Assembly (NCBI GenBank): GCA_036273415.1
Contig: DASUHR010000001.1
Coordinates: 167,496-231,495, forward strand
Length of the DNA: 64,000 nucleotides
Source: Silvibacterium sp.
Lineage (GTDB): Bacteria > Acidobacteriota > Terriglobia > Terriglobales > Acidobacteriaceae
Reading direction: 5' to 3'
Shown here in pieces: positions 18,027-27,050 of the stretch. The notes beneath the pieces were generated by a model that saw only the letters and a list, made by a program, of their open reading frames with translations, searched no databases and was not told the origin of the DNA. Position 1 is the first letter of the stretch. Each line of letters begins with the position of its first letter. The translations under genes and the position numbers were made by a program.

Positions 18027-18157
18027 GATCTCTGGTGTGCTGCGACGATTTCCATGGCTCCATGAATACGGATCTCCGGTGCGCTGCGACGATTTTCATG
18101 GCCCCATGAATACGGATCTCTGGTGGCTGCGATGATTTCCGCTGTTTCATGAATGCG
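18027..18157. repeat. 3 x 44-bp tandem repeat, each unit carrying a TTCATGG-N2-CCATGAA type palindrome
   Basis: Units are 18027-18070, 18071-18114 and 18115-18157. Units 1 and 2 differ at 4 positions; unit 3 is more diverged with a 1-nt deletion. Unit 2 holds the perfect palindrome TTCATGGCCCCATGAA. Confidence 0.85.
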
Positions 18158-18167
18158 ACCCTACCTT

Positions 18168-18192
18168 GACAAGCTATCCCTAGACAAACTAT
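18168..18192 (+). promoter_or_regulatory. Direct repeat of the GACAANCTAT half-site next to the PadR start (candidate operator)
   Basis: GACAAGCTAT (18168-18177) and GACAAACTAT (18183-18192). The same half-site forms the inverted repeat at the second PadR gene (59456-59488). The first copy overlaps a TTGACA -35-like hexamer. Confidence 0.4.
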
Positions 18193-18202
18193 GGTAAGCA
18201 GC

Positions 18203-18532
18203 ATGGCTAAACGACCTGACCTCATCCCCGGCACTCTCGATATGCTCATCCTCAAGACCCTCAGCCGCGGCTCCATGCACGGCTACGGCATCGCGCTCTC
18301 TATCAAGCGCCTGTCCGAGGAGGTGCTCACCGTGGAAGAAGGCTCTCTCTACCCGGCGCTCCAGCGTCTGCTCGTTCAGGGATGGGTAAGGGCGGAATGG
18401 AAGATGACGGAAACCAATCGCCGCGCCCGCTTCTACACCCTCACCGCCGCAGGTCGCAAGCAACTGGGTGTTGAGCTGTCGCAGTTTGAGCAGATGTTGG
18501 CGGCCATTGGTCGTGTCCTGCAGGACGCATAA
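18203..18532 (+). CDS. PadR family transcriptional regulator
   Basis: GTLDMLILKTLSRGSMHGYGIA...EGSLYPALQRLLVQGWV...RFYTLTAAGRKQL is a typical PadR sequence. ATG 18203 (MAKRPDL) aligns with the start of the second PadR (MAQRED). The ORF track offers 18191. Confidence 0.9.
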   Translation: MAKRPDLIPGTLDMLILKTLSRGSMHGYGIALSIKRLSEEVLTVEEGSLYPALQRLLVQGWVRAEWKMTETNRRARFYTLTAAGRKQLGVELSQFEQMLAAIGRVLQDA

Positions 18533-18556
18533 AAACTACGCAGGAGTAGGGGATCC

Positions 18557-21199
18557 ATGGACTGGCTCGCGCGCACCTTCAGAAAATTCCGGTTTCTTGC
18601 CGGCCGTGAAACGTTCAACAGGGAACTGGAAGAGGAGATGACCTTCCATCGCGCCCAGGCCGAAAAAGAGCTGATTGCCGACGGCATGTCCCCGGAGGAA
18701 GCCCATTTCGCTGCCCAGCGGCAGTTCGGCAACGACGCCCGGCTGCGCGATCATAGCCAGCGGATTACCAGCCTGTGGTTCGAAACCAGCATGCAGGACA
18801 TGCGCTTCGCCATTCGCCAGCTCCGGAAAAATCCCGGCTTTGCCGTGACAGCCATCGTCATCCTTACGCTCGGGATCGCGGCCAGCATCGCCATTTTCAG
18901 CTTTGTCGACGCGGCCCTGATCAAGCCGCTGCCCTATAAAAATCCATCTCGTCTCGCCATCCTGTTCGAAACCACACGGCTCGGCCCGCGTTTCCATCTT
19001 TCCTATCCCGATTATCTCGACTGGAAGCGCGACAACACTGTCTTTGAATCCCTCGATGTCTTCGACCCAAACGGCTTCATCATGCGGTCGCCCGCCGGCC
19101 CGCAAGACGTTGACGGATCCAGCGTGAGCGCCGGCTTCTTCCGCACTCTCGGCGTCACTCCCATTCTGGGCCGTGATTTCCATCCCGACGAAGACCAGCC
19201 CGCTGCGCCGCGCTCCGCGCTCATCAGTTATGCCGCTTGGCAGCGGCGATTCGGCGGACGTAATGATGTCATTGGTCAGTCTGTCAATCTCGATGGCAAC
19301 CCGACAACCATCATCGGCGTGCTGCCGCGCGATTTCCACTTCGCTCCTGCCGAGCCCGTGGACTTCTGGGCAAGTGAGCGCTCGACCGGCGGGTGTGAGA
19401 AGCGGCGGTCCTGCCACAATCTTTTCGGTATCGCCCGGCTCAAACCCGGCGTCACCTTCGCCGCTGCCTTTGCCGATATCAAGACCATCGCGCAGAACCT
19501 CGAACGCCAGTATCCCGAGTCGAATCGCGATCAGCACGCGTTCATGATGTTCCTCACCGACTTCATCGTGGGCGACATTCGACCCATTCTTCTCGTGCTG
19601 CTCTCCGGAGCCGCGTTACTTCTGCTCATTGCCGCCGTTAACGTATCCAGCCTCCTCCTCGTTCGCTCCGAACGTCGCAAACGTGAGATTGCCGTCCGCG
19701 GCGCGCTGGGCGCATCCCGTGCGCGACTCATTCGGCAGTTCATCACCGAAGGCGTCGTGCTCGCCCTCTCAGCCGGCGTGCTCGGCACCGCCCTCGCCTA
19801 TGTCATCATGCAGCTTTTTCTGCGCCTTATCCCCACGGACATGCTGGCGTCCATGCCCTATCTCCATCAAATCGGCTTGACCTTCCGGGTTCTCGTCTTC
19901 GCCGCACTCATCACACTCGCCGCTGGAGTGCTCTTCTCCCTGCTGCCCGCCGTGCGCATTTCTTTGTCGGATCTAAGGGAAGGCCTCTCTGAAAACTCCC
20001 GCTCGTCATCCGGAACCGTTTGGCGTCACTTCGGCGCAAACCTCGTCGTCACTGAACTCACTCTGGCGGTCGTGCTCCTCGTGGGCGCTGGCCTGCTCGG
20101 CAAGAGCTTCTATCGCCTGCTTCATGTCGATACCGGGCTCCAGATCGACCATCTCGCCATCATGCAGATTGCCGCCAGCGGCGACTCCTACAAAAGCGAC
20201 CAGCAACTGATCAATCTTGAGCGAGAGCTTCAGGCGCGCCTCTCTACGCTCCCCGGCGTCAAATCTGTCGCGCTCACCGGCCATCTTCCCCTTGGCGATG
20301 GGGACGGAACCACCGAACTCCGCATCATCGGCCGTGCTTACCACGGCGAGAACAACGAAGTCGCCATCCGAAAAGTGAGCGCCAATTATTTCTCCACGCT
20401 TCAGGCGCGGCTGGTGCGCGGCCGCTACTTTGCTGACGACGAGGACGAATCCAGGCCGAAAGTCGCCATCATCAATCAACAACTCGCCCGCCAGTACTTC
20501 GCCGGTCAGAATCCGCTGGGCATGCAGGTCTCCCTCGGAACGGATGATCCAAAGCCCATGCAAGTCATCGGCGTCATCAACGACATCCAGGAGGGCCAGC
20601 TTGACGCGGCGCCCCGGGCGGCCATATACCCTCCGTTCAACCAGGATCCGCCCAGTTATTTCGGCCTGGTCATGCGCACATCACAGAGAGAAGATTCGCT
20701 CCTCTCATCCGCCGAAGACGTGATTCATCGCATCGGTCCTGCGTTGGCTGTCTCCTATGCCGTCACCATGAAACAGCGCGTTCATGATTCGCCTTCCGCC
20801 TCGCTGCACCGCTCCTCAGCGTGGCTGGTCGGAGGCTTCGCGGCTCTCGCTCTGCTGCTCAGTGTCGTCGGGCTTTATGGCGTTATCGCCTACTCCGTCA
20901 GCCAGCGCACTCGCGAGATCGGTGTGCGCATCGCGCTGGGCGCGCCGCGCAGCTCCGTCTATCGGCTCATCCTGGGCGAGGCCGGCAGGCTCGCAATCGC
21001 CGGAATCGGCGCTGGACTGCTTTGTTCTCTTGCGGCCACAATGCTTATTCGCAAGCTGCTCTTTGATGTACAAGTTTGGGACGTGACAATTCTCGCCTCC
21101 GTCGGTCTGGTTCTTGCCGCTGCGGGACTGCTCGCAAGCTACTTTCCGGCCAGGCGGGCCGCCTCAATTAATCCAACAGAAGCGCTGCATACTGAATGA
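18557..21199 (+). CDS. ADOP-type duplicated MacB-like permease 2
   Basis: DMRFAIRQLRKNPGFAVTAIVILTLGIAASIAIF, with two FtsX signatures (REIAVRGALGA and REIGVRIALGA). It has no NBD and lies 24 nt after PadR. Confidence 0.9.
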   Translation: MDWLARTFRKFRFLAGRETFNRELEEEMTFHRAQAEKELIADGMSPEEAHFAAQRQFGNDARLRDHSQRITSLWFETSMQDMRFAIRQLRKNPGFAVTAIVILTLGIAASIAIFSFVDAALIKPLPYKNPSRLAILFETTRLGPRFHLSYPDYLDWKRDNTVFESLDVFDPNGFIMRSPAGPQDVDGSSVSAGFFRTLGVTPILGRDFHPDEDQPAAPRSALISYAAWQRRFGGRNDVIGQSVNLDGNPTTIIGVLPRDFHFAPAEPVDFWASERSTGGCEKRRSCHNLFGIARLKPGVTFAAAFADIKTIAQNLERQYPESNRDQHAFMMFLTDFIVGDIRPILLVLLSGAALLLLIAAVNVSSLLLVRSERRKREIAVRGALGASRARLIRQFITEGVVLALSAGVLGTALAYVIMQLFLRLIPTDMLASMPYLHQIGLTFRVLVFAALITLAAGVLFSLLPAVRISLSDLREGLSENSRSSSGTVWRHFGANLVVTELTLAVVLLVGAGLLGKSFYRLLHVDTGLQIDHLAIMQIAASGDSYKSDQQLINLERELQARLSTLPGVKSVALTGHLPLGDGDGTTELRIIGRAYHGENNEVAIRKVSANYFSTLQARLVRGRYFADDEDESRPKVAIINQQLARQYFAGQNPLGMQVSLGTDDPKPMQVIGVINDIQEGQLDAAPRAAIYPPFNQDPPSYFGLVMRTSQREDSLLSSAEDVIHRIGPALAVSYAVTMKQRVHDSPSASLHRSSAWLVGGFAALALLLSVVGLYGVIAYSVSQRTREIGVRIALGAPRSSVYRLILGEAGRLAIAGIGAGLLCSLAATMLIRKLLFDVQVWDVTILASVGLVLAAAGLLASYFPARRAASINPTEALHTE

Positions 21200-21439
21200 C
21201 GCCTCGATCCCTGCCCGCTTCATAATAAGTCGTTGAACATCACACAGCCCAACCTGATATAGCGACAGGCGCCTTCTCGCTCTCGCGACCAAACCATCTC
21301 ACCAGCCATTCCCCGCGACATATACAAGTCTCAACCCGAACCACTCGCTCACGTACAATGGCTTTTGTCATTCGTGCAGCTATTTTCGTTCCCCCGGCCT
21401 ATGGCTCAGAAGCGCGGAATTCCCAGGAGACACTGCGGC

Positions 21440-23458
21440 ATGCAATCCCCGCCGCGGCGAGCGAAGCGCATCCCGTGCGCTGCTCTCGCCGTCATGTTGC
21501 TTGCGGCGGCGCTGGCCGCGGGTGGGACCCGATCGACCTTTTTACCCCCGCAAAATCCAGGCTCGCCACAGCAGTTGAAGAGCATGACGCTCGAGCAATT
21601 GGGCAACATCCAGGTGGTCACTTATAACAAGACGCCCAGCCGGCTGCTGAAGACGCCTGCCGCTCTTTACGTGATCACTAGTGAGGACATTCTGCGCTCC
21701 GGCGCGACCAGCATTGCCGATGCGCTTAGGCTGGCACCCGGCGTCGAAGTGGGGCGAATGGATTCGGACACCTGGGCGGTCGGGATTCGCGGCCTGCAAA
21801 ATAATTTCTCAAAATCGGTGCTGGTGCTTATCGATGGCCGCAACGTATACACCCCTCTCTTTGCCGGCGTGTATTGGGATGTGCTGGATCTGCCGCTTGA
21901 GGACATCGATCGTATTGAGGTGATTCGCGGCCCGGGCGGCACCATCTGGGGACCCAATGCCGGTAACGGCGTGATCAACATCATCACCAGGAAGGCCAGC
22001 GACACGCAGGGAGTGAGCGGCAGCGCTCTCGCCGGCACGGAAGACCACACCATCGACGATCTGCAATTCGGCTCCAGAATAAGCAAACAACTTACGTATC
22101 GCTTTTTCGGCCGCGGGTTCCAGCGCGCCCACGAGTATCACACCGACCGCATCAACGAAGACGCCTGGCACCAGGAGCGCGTGGGTTTTCGCGCCGATTA
22201 CGCGGCGGGCCGCGACGAGTTTATGCTAAAAGGGCAGGCCTACCGGGGAGATTCTCCGCGCATTGTAGGAACGGCTCCTCTCGACGATAAGGTATCGGGC
22301 GGCGACATTAATATGCGCTGGGAAAGAACGATGAAGAGCGGTGCCGGGTTTTACGTGCAGGCATACTTCGACCGCACCCTTCGTACCAATCCAGCGTTCC
22401 TGGGCGAGTCAAGGAACACCATTGACTTTGACTTCCTCCATCACTTCAGCCTATCCGCCCATCAGCAGTTTTCCTACGGAGGCGGCCTTCGCTGGAGCCC
22501 TTATCTGACCATCTCCGCTCTTCCGTCGGACGGCTTTGTGCCCGCCGGCGGCACCGATCATGTTCACACCGCGTTTGTGCAGGACGAGATTCGGATTGCG
22601 GACAATTTCTCGCTGACGGTGGGCACAAAAGTCCAGCACAACAACTTCAGCGGATTCGATCTTCAGCCCTCCGCACGCGTGCTCTGGTCTCCCAGCGATC
22701 GCCAGTCGCTCTGGGGCGGCGTCACCAGGGCTGTGACCACGCCGTCCGATCTTGAGGAAAATTTTCACCTGCAAGGCGGGGGGCCGCAGGTATTCGTTCA
22801 GGTCCTGGGCAATAAGCATTTCAAGTCGGAAGACGTTATCGGCTACGAGGCCGGATACCGGATTCAAGGCAGTAAAAGATTCTATGTTGACCTGTCCACC
22901 TTCTGGAATGAATACAGCCGGCTGCAGAGTTTCAGCGCGCCGGCCATTTCAACTTCGGACGGCAGCACCTTCATCACCATCACCTATGAAAACCAGATCG
23001 CCGGCCACACAAACGGATTTGAGTTCGCGCCCACCATAGCCATCGAGCCGTGGTGGCGAGTCAACATGAGCTACTCCTACGTGAGCTCGGACTTCGACGC
23101 CCATGGTCCGACCTCCGATATCAGCTCCTCCGGGTCAGTGAATACCTACCAGAACTCCAGCCCGAAGCACGAGGTTGTTCTGCAGTCCAGGGTGGACCTG
23201 CCCTGCCGCTTTCAGTTCGATCAGATGTACCGCTACGTCAGTGCTCTGCCCGCGCAAAAGGTGAAGGCATACCAGACTGCCGACCTGCGCCTCGCCCGGC
23301 CCCTCGGTCGGGACCTGCTATTGGAAGTGGTCGGCCAGAATCTTTTCCAGGATCACCACAATGAATGGGGAACCGGGGACCCCAATCAGCCGCCGGTCGG
23401 CATATATCGCGCGGCGTACATAAAGCTGTCATTCCATCGCGATCCGAAGTCGCACTAA
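21440..23458 (+). CDS. TonB-dependent receptor (plug plus beta-barrel)
   Basis: A signal peptide starts at M 21440, with AGGAGA 9 nt upstream. Plug motifs are present: ITSEDILRSGATSIADALRLAPGV and IDRIEVIRGPGGTIWGPNAGNGVINIITR. Alternative starts exist at 21365 and 21401. Confidence 0.85.
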   Translation: MQSPPRRAKRIPCAALAVMLLAAALAAGGTRSTFLPPQNPGSPQQLKSMTLEQLGNIQVVTYNKTPSRLLKTPAALYVITSEDILRSGATSIADALRLAPGVEVGRMDSDTWAVGIRGLQNNFSKSVLVLIDGRNVYTPLFAGVYWDVLDLPLEDIDRIEVIRGPGGTIWGPNAGNGVINIITRKASDTQGVSGSALAGTEDHTIDDLQFGSRISKQLTYRFFGRGFQRAHEYHTDRINEDAWHQERVGFRADYAAGRDEFMLKGQAYRGDSPRIVGTAPLDDKVSGGDINMRWERTMKSGAGFYVQAYFDRTLRTNPAFLGESRNTIDFDFLHHFSLSAHQQFSYGGGLRWSPYLTISALPSDGFVPAGGTDHVHTAFVQDEIRIADNFSLTVGTKVQHNNFSGFDLQPSARVLWSPSDRQSLWGGVTRAVTTPSDLEENFHLQGGGPQVFVQVLGNKHFKSEDVIGYEAGYRIQGSKRFYVDLSTFWNEYSRLQSFSAPAISTSDGSTFITITYENQIAGHTNGFEFAPTIAIEPWWRVNMSYSYVSSDFDAHGPTSDISSSGSVNTYQNSSPKHEVVLQSRVDLPCRFQFDQMYRYVSALPAQKVKAYQTADLRLARPLGRDLLLEVVGQNLFQDHHNEWGTGDPNQPPVGIYRAAYIKLSFHRDPKSH

Positions 23459-23475
23459 ACGCGGTCGGTTGCCGA

Positions 23476-24225
23476 CTATACGCCCGCAATCGCTGCGCGT
23501 TGCGCCGCCAGCAGCTCTTTAATCCCATCCTCTGCCAGGTCCATCATCTCCAGCATCCGGCTCCGTGGAAAGGCCGCCCTCTCTGCCGTCGCCTGAACTT
23601 CGACCAGGCCCCCGTCCTCCGTCATGACGACATTCATGTCAACCTCGGCTTGCGAGTCCTCCTCATACGCCAAGTCGAGCAGCATCGTGTCCTCCACAAT
23701 GCCCACGCTGGTTGCCGCCACCAGCTGCTTCAGCGGATTTTTCTTCAGCGCGCCTGATGCCGTCATCCGCTCGAACGCGATTGCCAGCGCCGCGCATGCG
23801 CCCGTGATGGCAGCAGTCCTGGTTCCGCCATCGGCCTGGAGCACGTCGCAGTCGAGGATCACGGTCCGTTCGCCCAGCGCGGCCATATCCACCACTCCGC
23901 GCAAGGACCGCCCGATCAGCCGCTGAATCTCATGCGTCCGTCCGCCCACCTTGCCGCGCTCCGACTCGCGCGCCGTTCGCGTCAGCGTTGCGCGGGGCAG
24001 CATCCCATACTCCGCCGTCACCCAGCCGCGTCCGCTGTTCCGCATCCACCCGGGAACGCCCTGCTCCAACGTGGCGTTGCAGAGCACTCGCGTGTTGCCG
24101 ACCTCGATCAGCACCGATCCCTCTGCAGTGGCCACAAAGTTTGGAGTAAGCCGGACGGGGCGCATCGCCGAAGTCGCGCGGTTCCCCGCGCGAAAGAATT
24201 GTTTTGAACTGCTCATTTCTGGCAT
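23476..24225 (-). CDS. rph: Ribonuclease PH
   Basis: [29 protein letters not shown]...[16 protein letters not shown]...[15 protein letters not shown]...[19 protein letters not shown] matches RNase PH. Confidence 0.9.
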   Translation of the reverse strand: MPEMSSSKQFFRAGNRATSAMRPVRLTPNFVATAEGSVLIEVGNTRVLCNATLEQGVPGWMRNSGRGWVTAEYGMLPRATLTRTARESERGKVGGRTHEIQRLIGRSLRGVVDMAALGERTVILDCDVLQADGGTRTAAITGACAALAIAFERMTASGALKKNPLKQLVAATSVGIVEDTMLLDLAYEEDSQAEVDMNVVMTEDGGLVEVQATAERAAFPRSRMLEMMDLAEDGIKELLAAQRAAIAGV

Positions 24226-24277
24226 TGTACGGGTTTCGGAAAGGGAGCATTGCCGGCGGGAAACGCGTCCCGATCTG

Positions 24278-24302
24278 GATCTGCCCCGAAATGGGACAGA
24301 TC
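24278..24302. promoter_or_regulatory. Inverted repeat, possible enhancer (UAS) for the downstream sigma54 promoter
   Basis: GATCTGCCCC-gaaat-GGGACAGATC has 10-bp arms with one mismatch. It lies about 170 bp upstream of the -24/-12 motif, in the divergent spacer between rph and the kinase gene. Confidence 0.25.
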
Positions 24303-24456
24303 TGCTAACGCGGCCATAAGCTACTACGAAATAGACACTTACCCTGTGGGGCGAACCCGCAGCTGTTCCATCCCCGGAAAATCCCGGCTCTACCCCGCGG
24401 TCGCCCTTTTTACCACTACAACCACCTTTTCAGCGAGTTACGTTGCCATTCCGATT

Positions 24457-24472
24457 TGGCACCCCGGCTGCA
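24457..24472 (+). promoter_or_regulatory. Sigma54 (-24/-12) promoter
   Basis: TGGCAC-cccgg-CTGCA has one mismatch to TGGCAC-N5-TTGCA. It is intergenic, oriented toward the kinase/activator operon, and 66-84 nt upstream of the candidate starts. Confidence 0.55.
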
Positions 24473-24537
24473 CTTAGAAGTGGCAAGGAAGCTGGCCTGG
24501 CGATCAATCGAGGGTCGCACCCGGCTTCCGAGTTCCG

Positions 24538-25557
24538 GTGAAAGGAATGCCTAAAATGCCCGCTCTTGCGAAACCTCCGGCCGTTCTTCCCCGCTTCGTC
24601 CCCCATACGAACAACGGAGCGCTTGCAGGAGCGGGATCACTTTCGACACCAGATTCCGTCAGCCTCGCAAAAACTCATCCTTCATCGCTGCAACCAGAAA
24701 GTCTCGCCGGCCGCGAAGAGATCGACCGCTTGGCCCACGACGCGCGCAACATCCTCTCCGGGCTGATGCTCTACTGCGAACTGCTGGGCGGCCCCGGAGT
24801 CTTAACTGCGCAAAACGGTCATTATGCCGGCGAACTCGCAGCCATCGTCCAGTCCACAGCGCAGATCGTCGAGCGCATGGCCGCAGCACAGAGCGCGCCC
24901 GCTGCCATGCTGAAACAAACCCGGTCCCTCCTCCCCGGCAAAAATCAGCATGCCGTTCCCGTAACCGACGCCGCCCGGAACCTGCGCGACTTGCAACCGC
25001 TGCTGGGCGCCATCGCCGGGCCGGCCATCCCGGTTTCGGTTGCGATCATGCCATGCGCCGGGCGCATCGCCCTCGCCTCCGAAGACCTCACCCGCATTCT
25101 CGTCAACCTGGTTCGCAACGCTGCGGACGCCATGCCCTCTGGCGGACACATACGCATCACCGCGCAATATGCTGAGGGCTTCAGCTTTCTCGCAGCCATC
25201 AGCGACCTTCCCGCGCCCGCGTCCTCGCAGCCGTACAGCATTCTTCTCACCGTCACCGACGACGGTCCCGGCATCCCCGAGTCGCTGCGCGCGCAGGTCT
25301 TCGAACCTGGGTTCACCACGCGCACCGGTCATGAACACACTCACAGCAAAGCCGCGCACTGGCCTGTTCCTTCCCGTCGCGGTCTCGGGCTCAGCATCGT
25401 GCGCAATCTGGTTGAGACCGCTGGAGGTGCGGTGCGCGCGACCTCCGCGCCAGGACGCGGCGCGCGCTTTGAGATCACCCTTCCTCTCATTGAAAGCATT
25501 ACTTCCGATACCTGCGCCGCACCCCCAAACAGCGCATTCCTGCTGACTACCCGATGA
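24538..25557 (+). CDS. Soluble histidine kinase (DHp plus HATPase_c only, no recognisable sensor or TM domain)
   Basis: H-box EIDRLAHDARNILSGL, N-box LVNLVRNAADAM, G-boxes DDGPGIP and GLGLSIV. The start is uncertain: GTG 24538, ATG 24547 or ATG 24556. Confidence 0.8.
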   Translation: MKGMPKMPALAKPPAVLPRFVPHTNNGALAGAGSLSTPDSVSLAKTHPSSLQPESLAGREEIDRLAHDARNILSGLMLYCELLGGPGVLTAQNGHYAGELAAIVQSTAQIVERMAAAQSAPAAMLKQTRSLLPGKNQHAVPVTDAARNLRDLQPLLGAIAGPAIPVSVAIMPCAGRIALASEDLTRILVNLVRNAADAMPSGGHIRITAQYAEGFSFLAAISDLPAPASSQPYSILLTVTDDGPGIPESLRAQVFEPGFTTRTGHEHTHSKAAHWPVPSRRGLGLSIVRNLVETAGGAVRATSAPGRGARFEITLPLIESITSDTCAAPPNSAFLLTTR

Positions 25558-27035
25558 AAGCCTGCATAGAATTCGATTACCGTCAGCCAAACGGAATACA
25601 TATGAGTGAAAAAACTGCCTTCCCCCCGCGTTCCGGCCGGATGCACGTTCTTGTCGTCGATGAAGACGATGCCGTGCGCTCCGCCTGTTGTGAAATTGCC
25701 ACCTCCCGCGGCTGTGTACCTCATGCCATCGACAACCTTGCCGACGCGCGCACCCTGCTGCGCGGCAACAGCATCGATATCCTCGTTCTGGATTTGAAAT
25801 CGCCGGCGGGAGCCGGCCTCGAGTTGCTGGAAGAGGTCAAGCTGCTCCATCCCGACGTCGCCGTCATCGTGATGACCGCCTTTGCCACCGTCACCTCCGC
25901 GGTCGAGGCCATGCGCAACGGGGCCAACGACTATCTCACTAAACCCTTCTCAGTAGATGACCTTGCCACCGTGCTCGACCGTGCCGCCGAACGCCGCAAC
26001 GTGGATTCGGCCAACCGGGTGCTGCGCGACAAACTTCGCTCCGAGCAGGGGCTTGGAACGCTCATCGGAAGCAGCCCGGAGATGGAGAAGATATACCGCA
26101 TCCTCTCCAAAGTCTCGCAGACCACCCATCCTGTCCTCATCCTGGGCGAAAGCGGAACCGGCAAGGAGTTGATCGCCCGTTCCATCCATTCCAACGGCCC
26201 GAATGCCTCAAAGCCGTTTCTGCCGGTCGATTGCGGGTCCCTGGTTCCCACACTGGTCGAAAGCGAGCTCTTCGGCTACGTCAAAGGTGCCTTCACCGGC
26301 GCAACCCGCAACAAGGAAGGCCTGCTGGCCTCCGCCGAAGGCGGCACTGTTTTCCTCGATGAGATCGGCGAGATGCCTCTCGACCTCCAGGCCAAGCTGC
26401 TGCGCGCTCTGCAGGAAAAAGAGATTCGCCCGGTGGGCGCAACCCACCGCGTGCCCATCAACGTTCGTATTCTCGCCGCCACCAACCGCGATTTGGCAGC
26501 GATGGTCGAGCAGGGCCGCTTCCGCAAGGACCTTTATTACCGTCTGAATGTGGTGGCGCTGCGCCTTCCTCCGCTGCGCGATCGCCGTGATGATATTCCG
26601 CTGCTGGCCGCGCACTTCCTCAATCGCGTGAACCGCAGTCGCGGCTCCAAATACGTGTTCTCCGACGACGCACTCCGCACCATCAGCGAGTTCGCATGGC
26701 CGGGTAACGTGCGCGAGCTTGAAAATTCCATTGAGCGCGCATGTGCCCTATGCACCGGTCCGGTGCTGCGCCTCGGCGACCTGCCCACGCAGCTTCAGGA
26801 TTTTCACCTGCACACCTGGCGAACGCCGGCATCTCAGGCTACCGATAAAGCCGCCGGCATCTCCGTTGCCGAGGTCACCCCGCTGGCGGCGCTTGAGCGC
26901 CAGGCCATTCTCACCACGCTGCGCCAGCTGAACGGCGACAAGCTCACCGCCGCCCGCCTGCTCGGAATAGGTAAGACCACCCTTTACCGCAAGCTGAAGG
27001 AATACGGCATCGGCGACGCCGCCGCCAGCCTGTAA
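25554..27035 (+). CDS. Sigma54-dependent response regulator (NtrC family bEBP: REC, AAA+, Fis-type HTH)
   Basis: REC domain (VLVVDEDD...LVLDLK...KPF), Walker A GESGTGKE, the GAFTGA motif in VKGAFTGA, and C-terminal AARLLGIGKTTLYRKLKEYGI. Its ATG overlaps the kinase stop (ATGA). An alternative start exists at 25602. Confidence 0.9.
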   Translation: MKACIEFDYRQPNGIHMSEKTAFPPRSGRMHVLVVDEDDAVRSACCEIATSRGCVPHAIDNLADARTLLRGNSIDILVLDLKSPAGAGLELLEEVKLLHPDVAVIVMTAFATVTSAVEAMRNGANDYLTKPFSVDDLATVLDRAAERRNVDSANRVLRDKLRSEQGLGTLIGSSPEMEKIYRILSKVSQTTHPVLILGESGTGKELIARSIHSNGPNASKPFLPVDCGSLVPTLVESELFGYVKGAFTGATRNKEGLLASAEGGTVFLDEIGEMPLDLQAKLLRALQEKEIRPVGATHRVPINVRILAATNRDLAAMVEQGRFRKDLYYRLNVVALRLPPLRDRRDDIPLLAAHFLNRVNRSRGSKYVFSDDALRTISEFAWPGNVRELENSIERACALCTGPVLRLGDLPTQLQDFHLHTWRTPASQATDKAAGISVAEVTPLAALERQAILTTLRQLNGDKLTAARLLGIGKTTLYRKLKEYGIGDAAASL

Positions 27036-27050
27036 CACTGAGGAATTCTC

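Noticed and set aside
18027-18157. Possible CRISPR array.
   Set aside because: The repeats are directly adjacent with no unique spacers. There are only three units, the 44-bp units are diverging, and no cas genes are present. It is a tandem repeat, not CRISPR.
21200-21439. A riboswitch (cobalamin or TPP) or Fur box upstream of the TonB-dependent receptor.
   Set aside because: I could not find a B12 box, a THI box or a convincing GATAATGATAATCATTATC-like palindrome by eye. This would need a covariance-model scan to settle.
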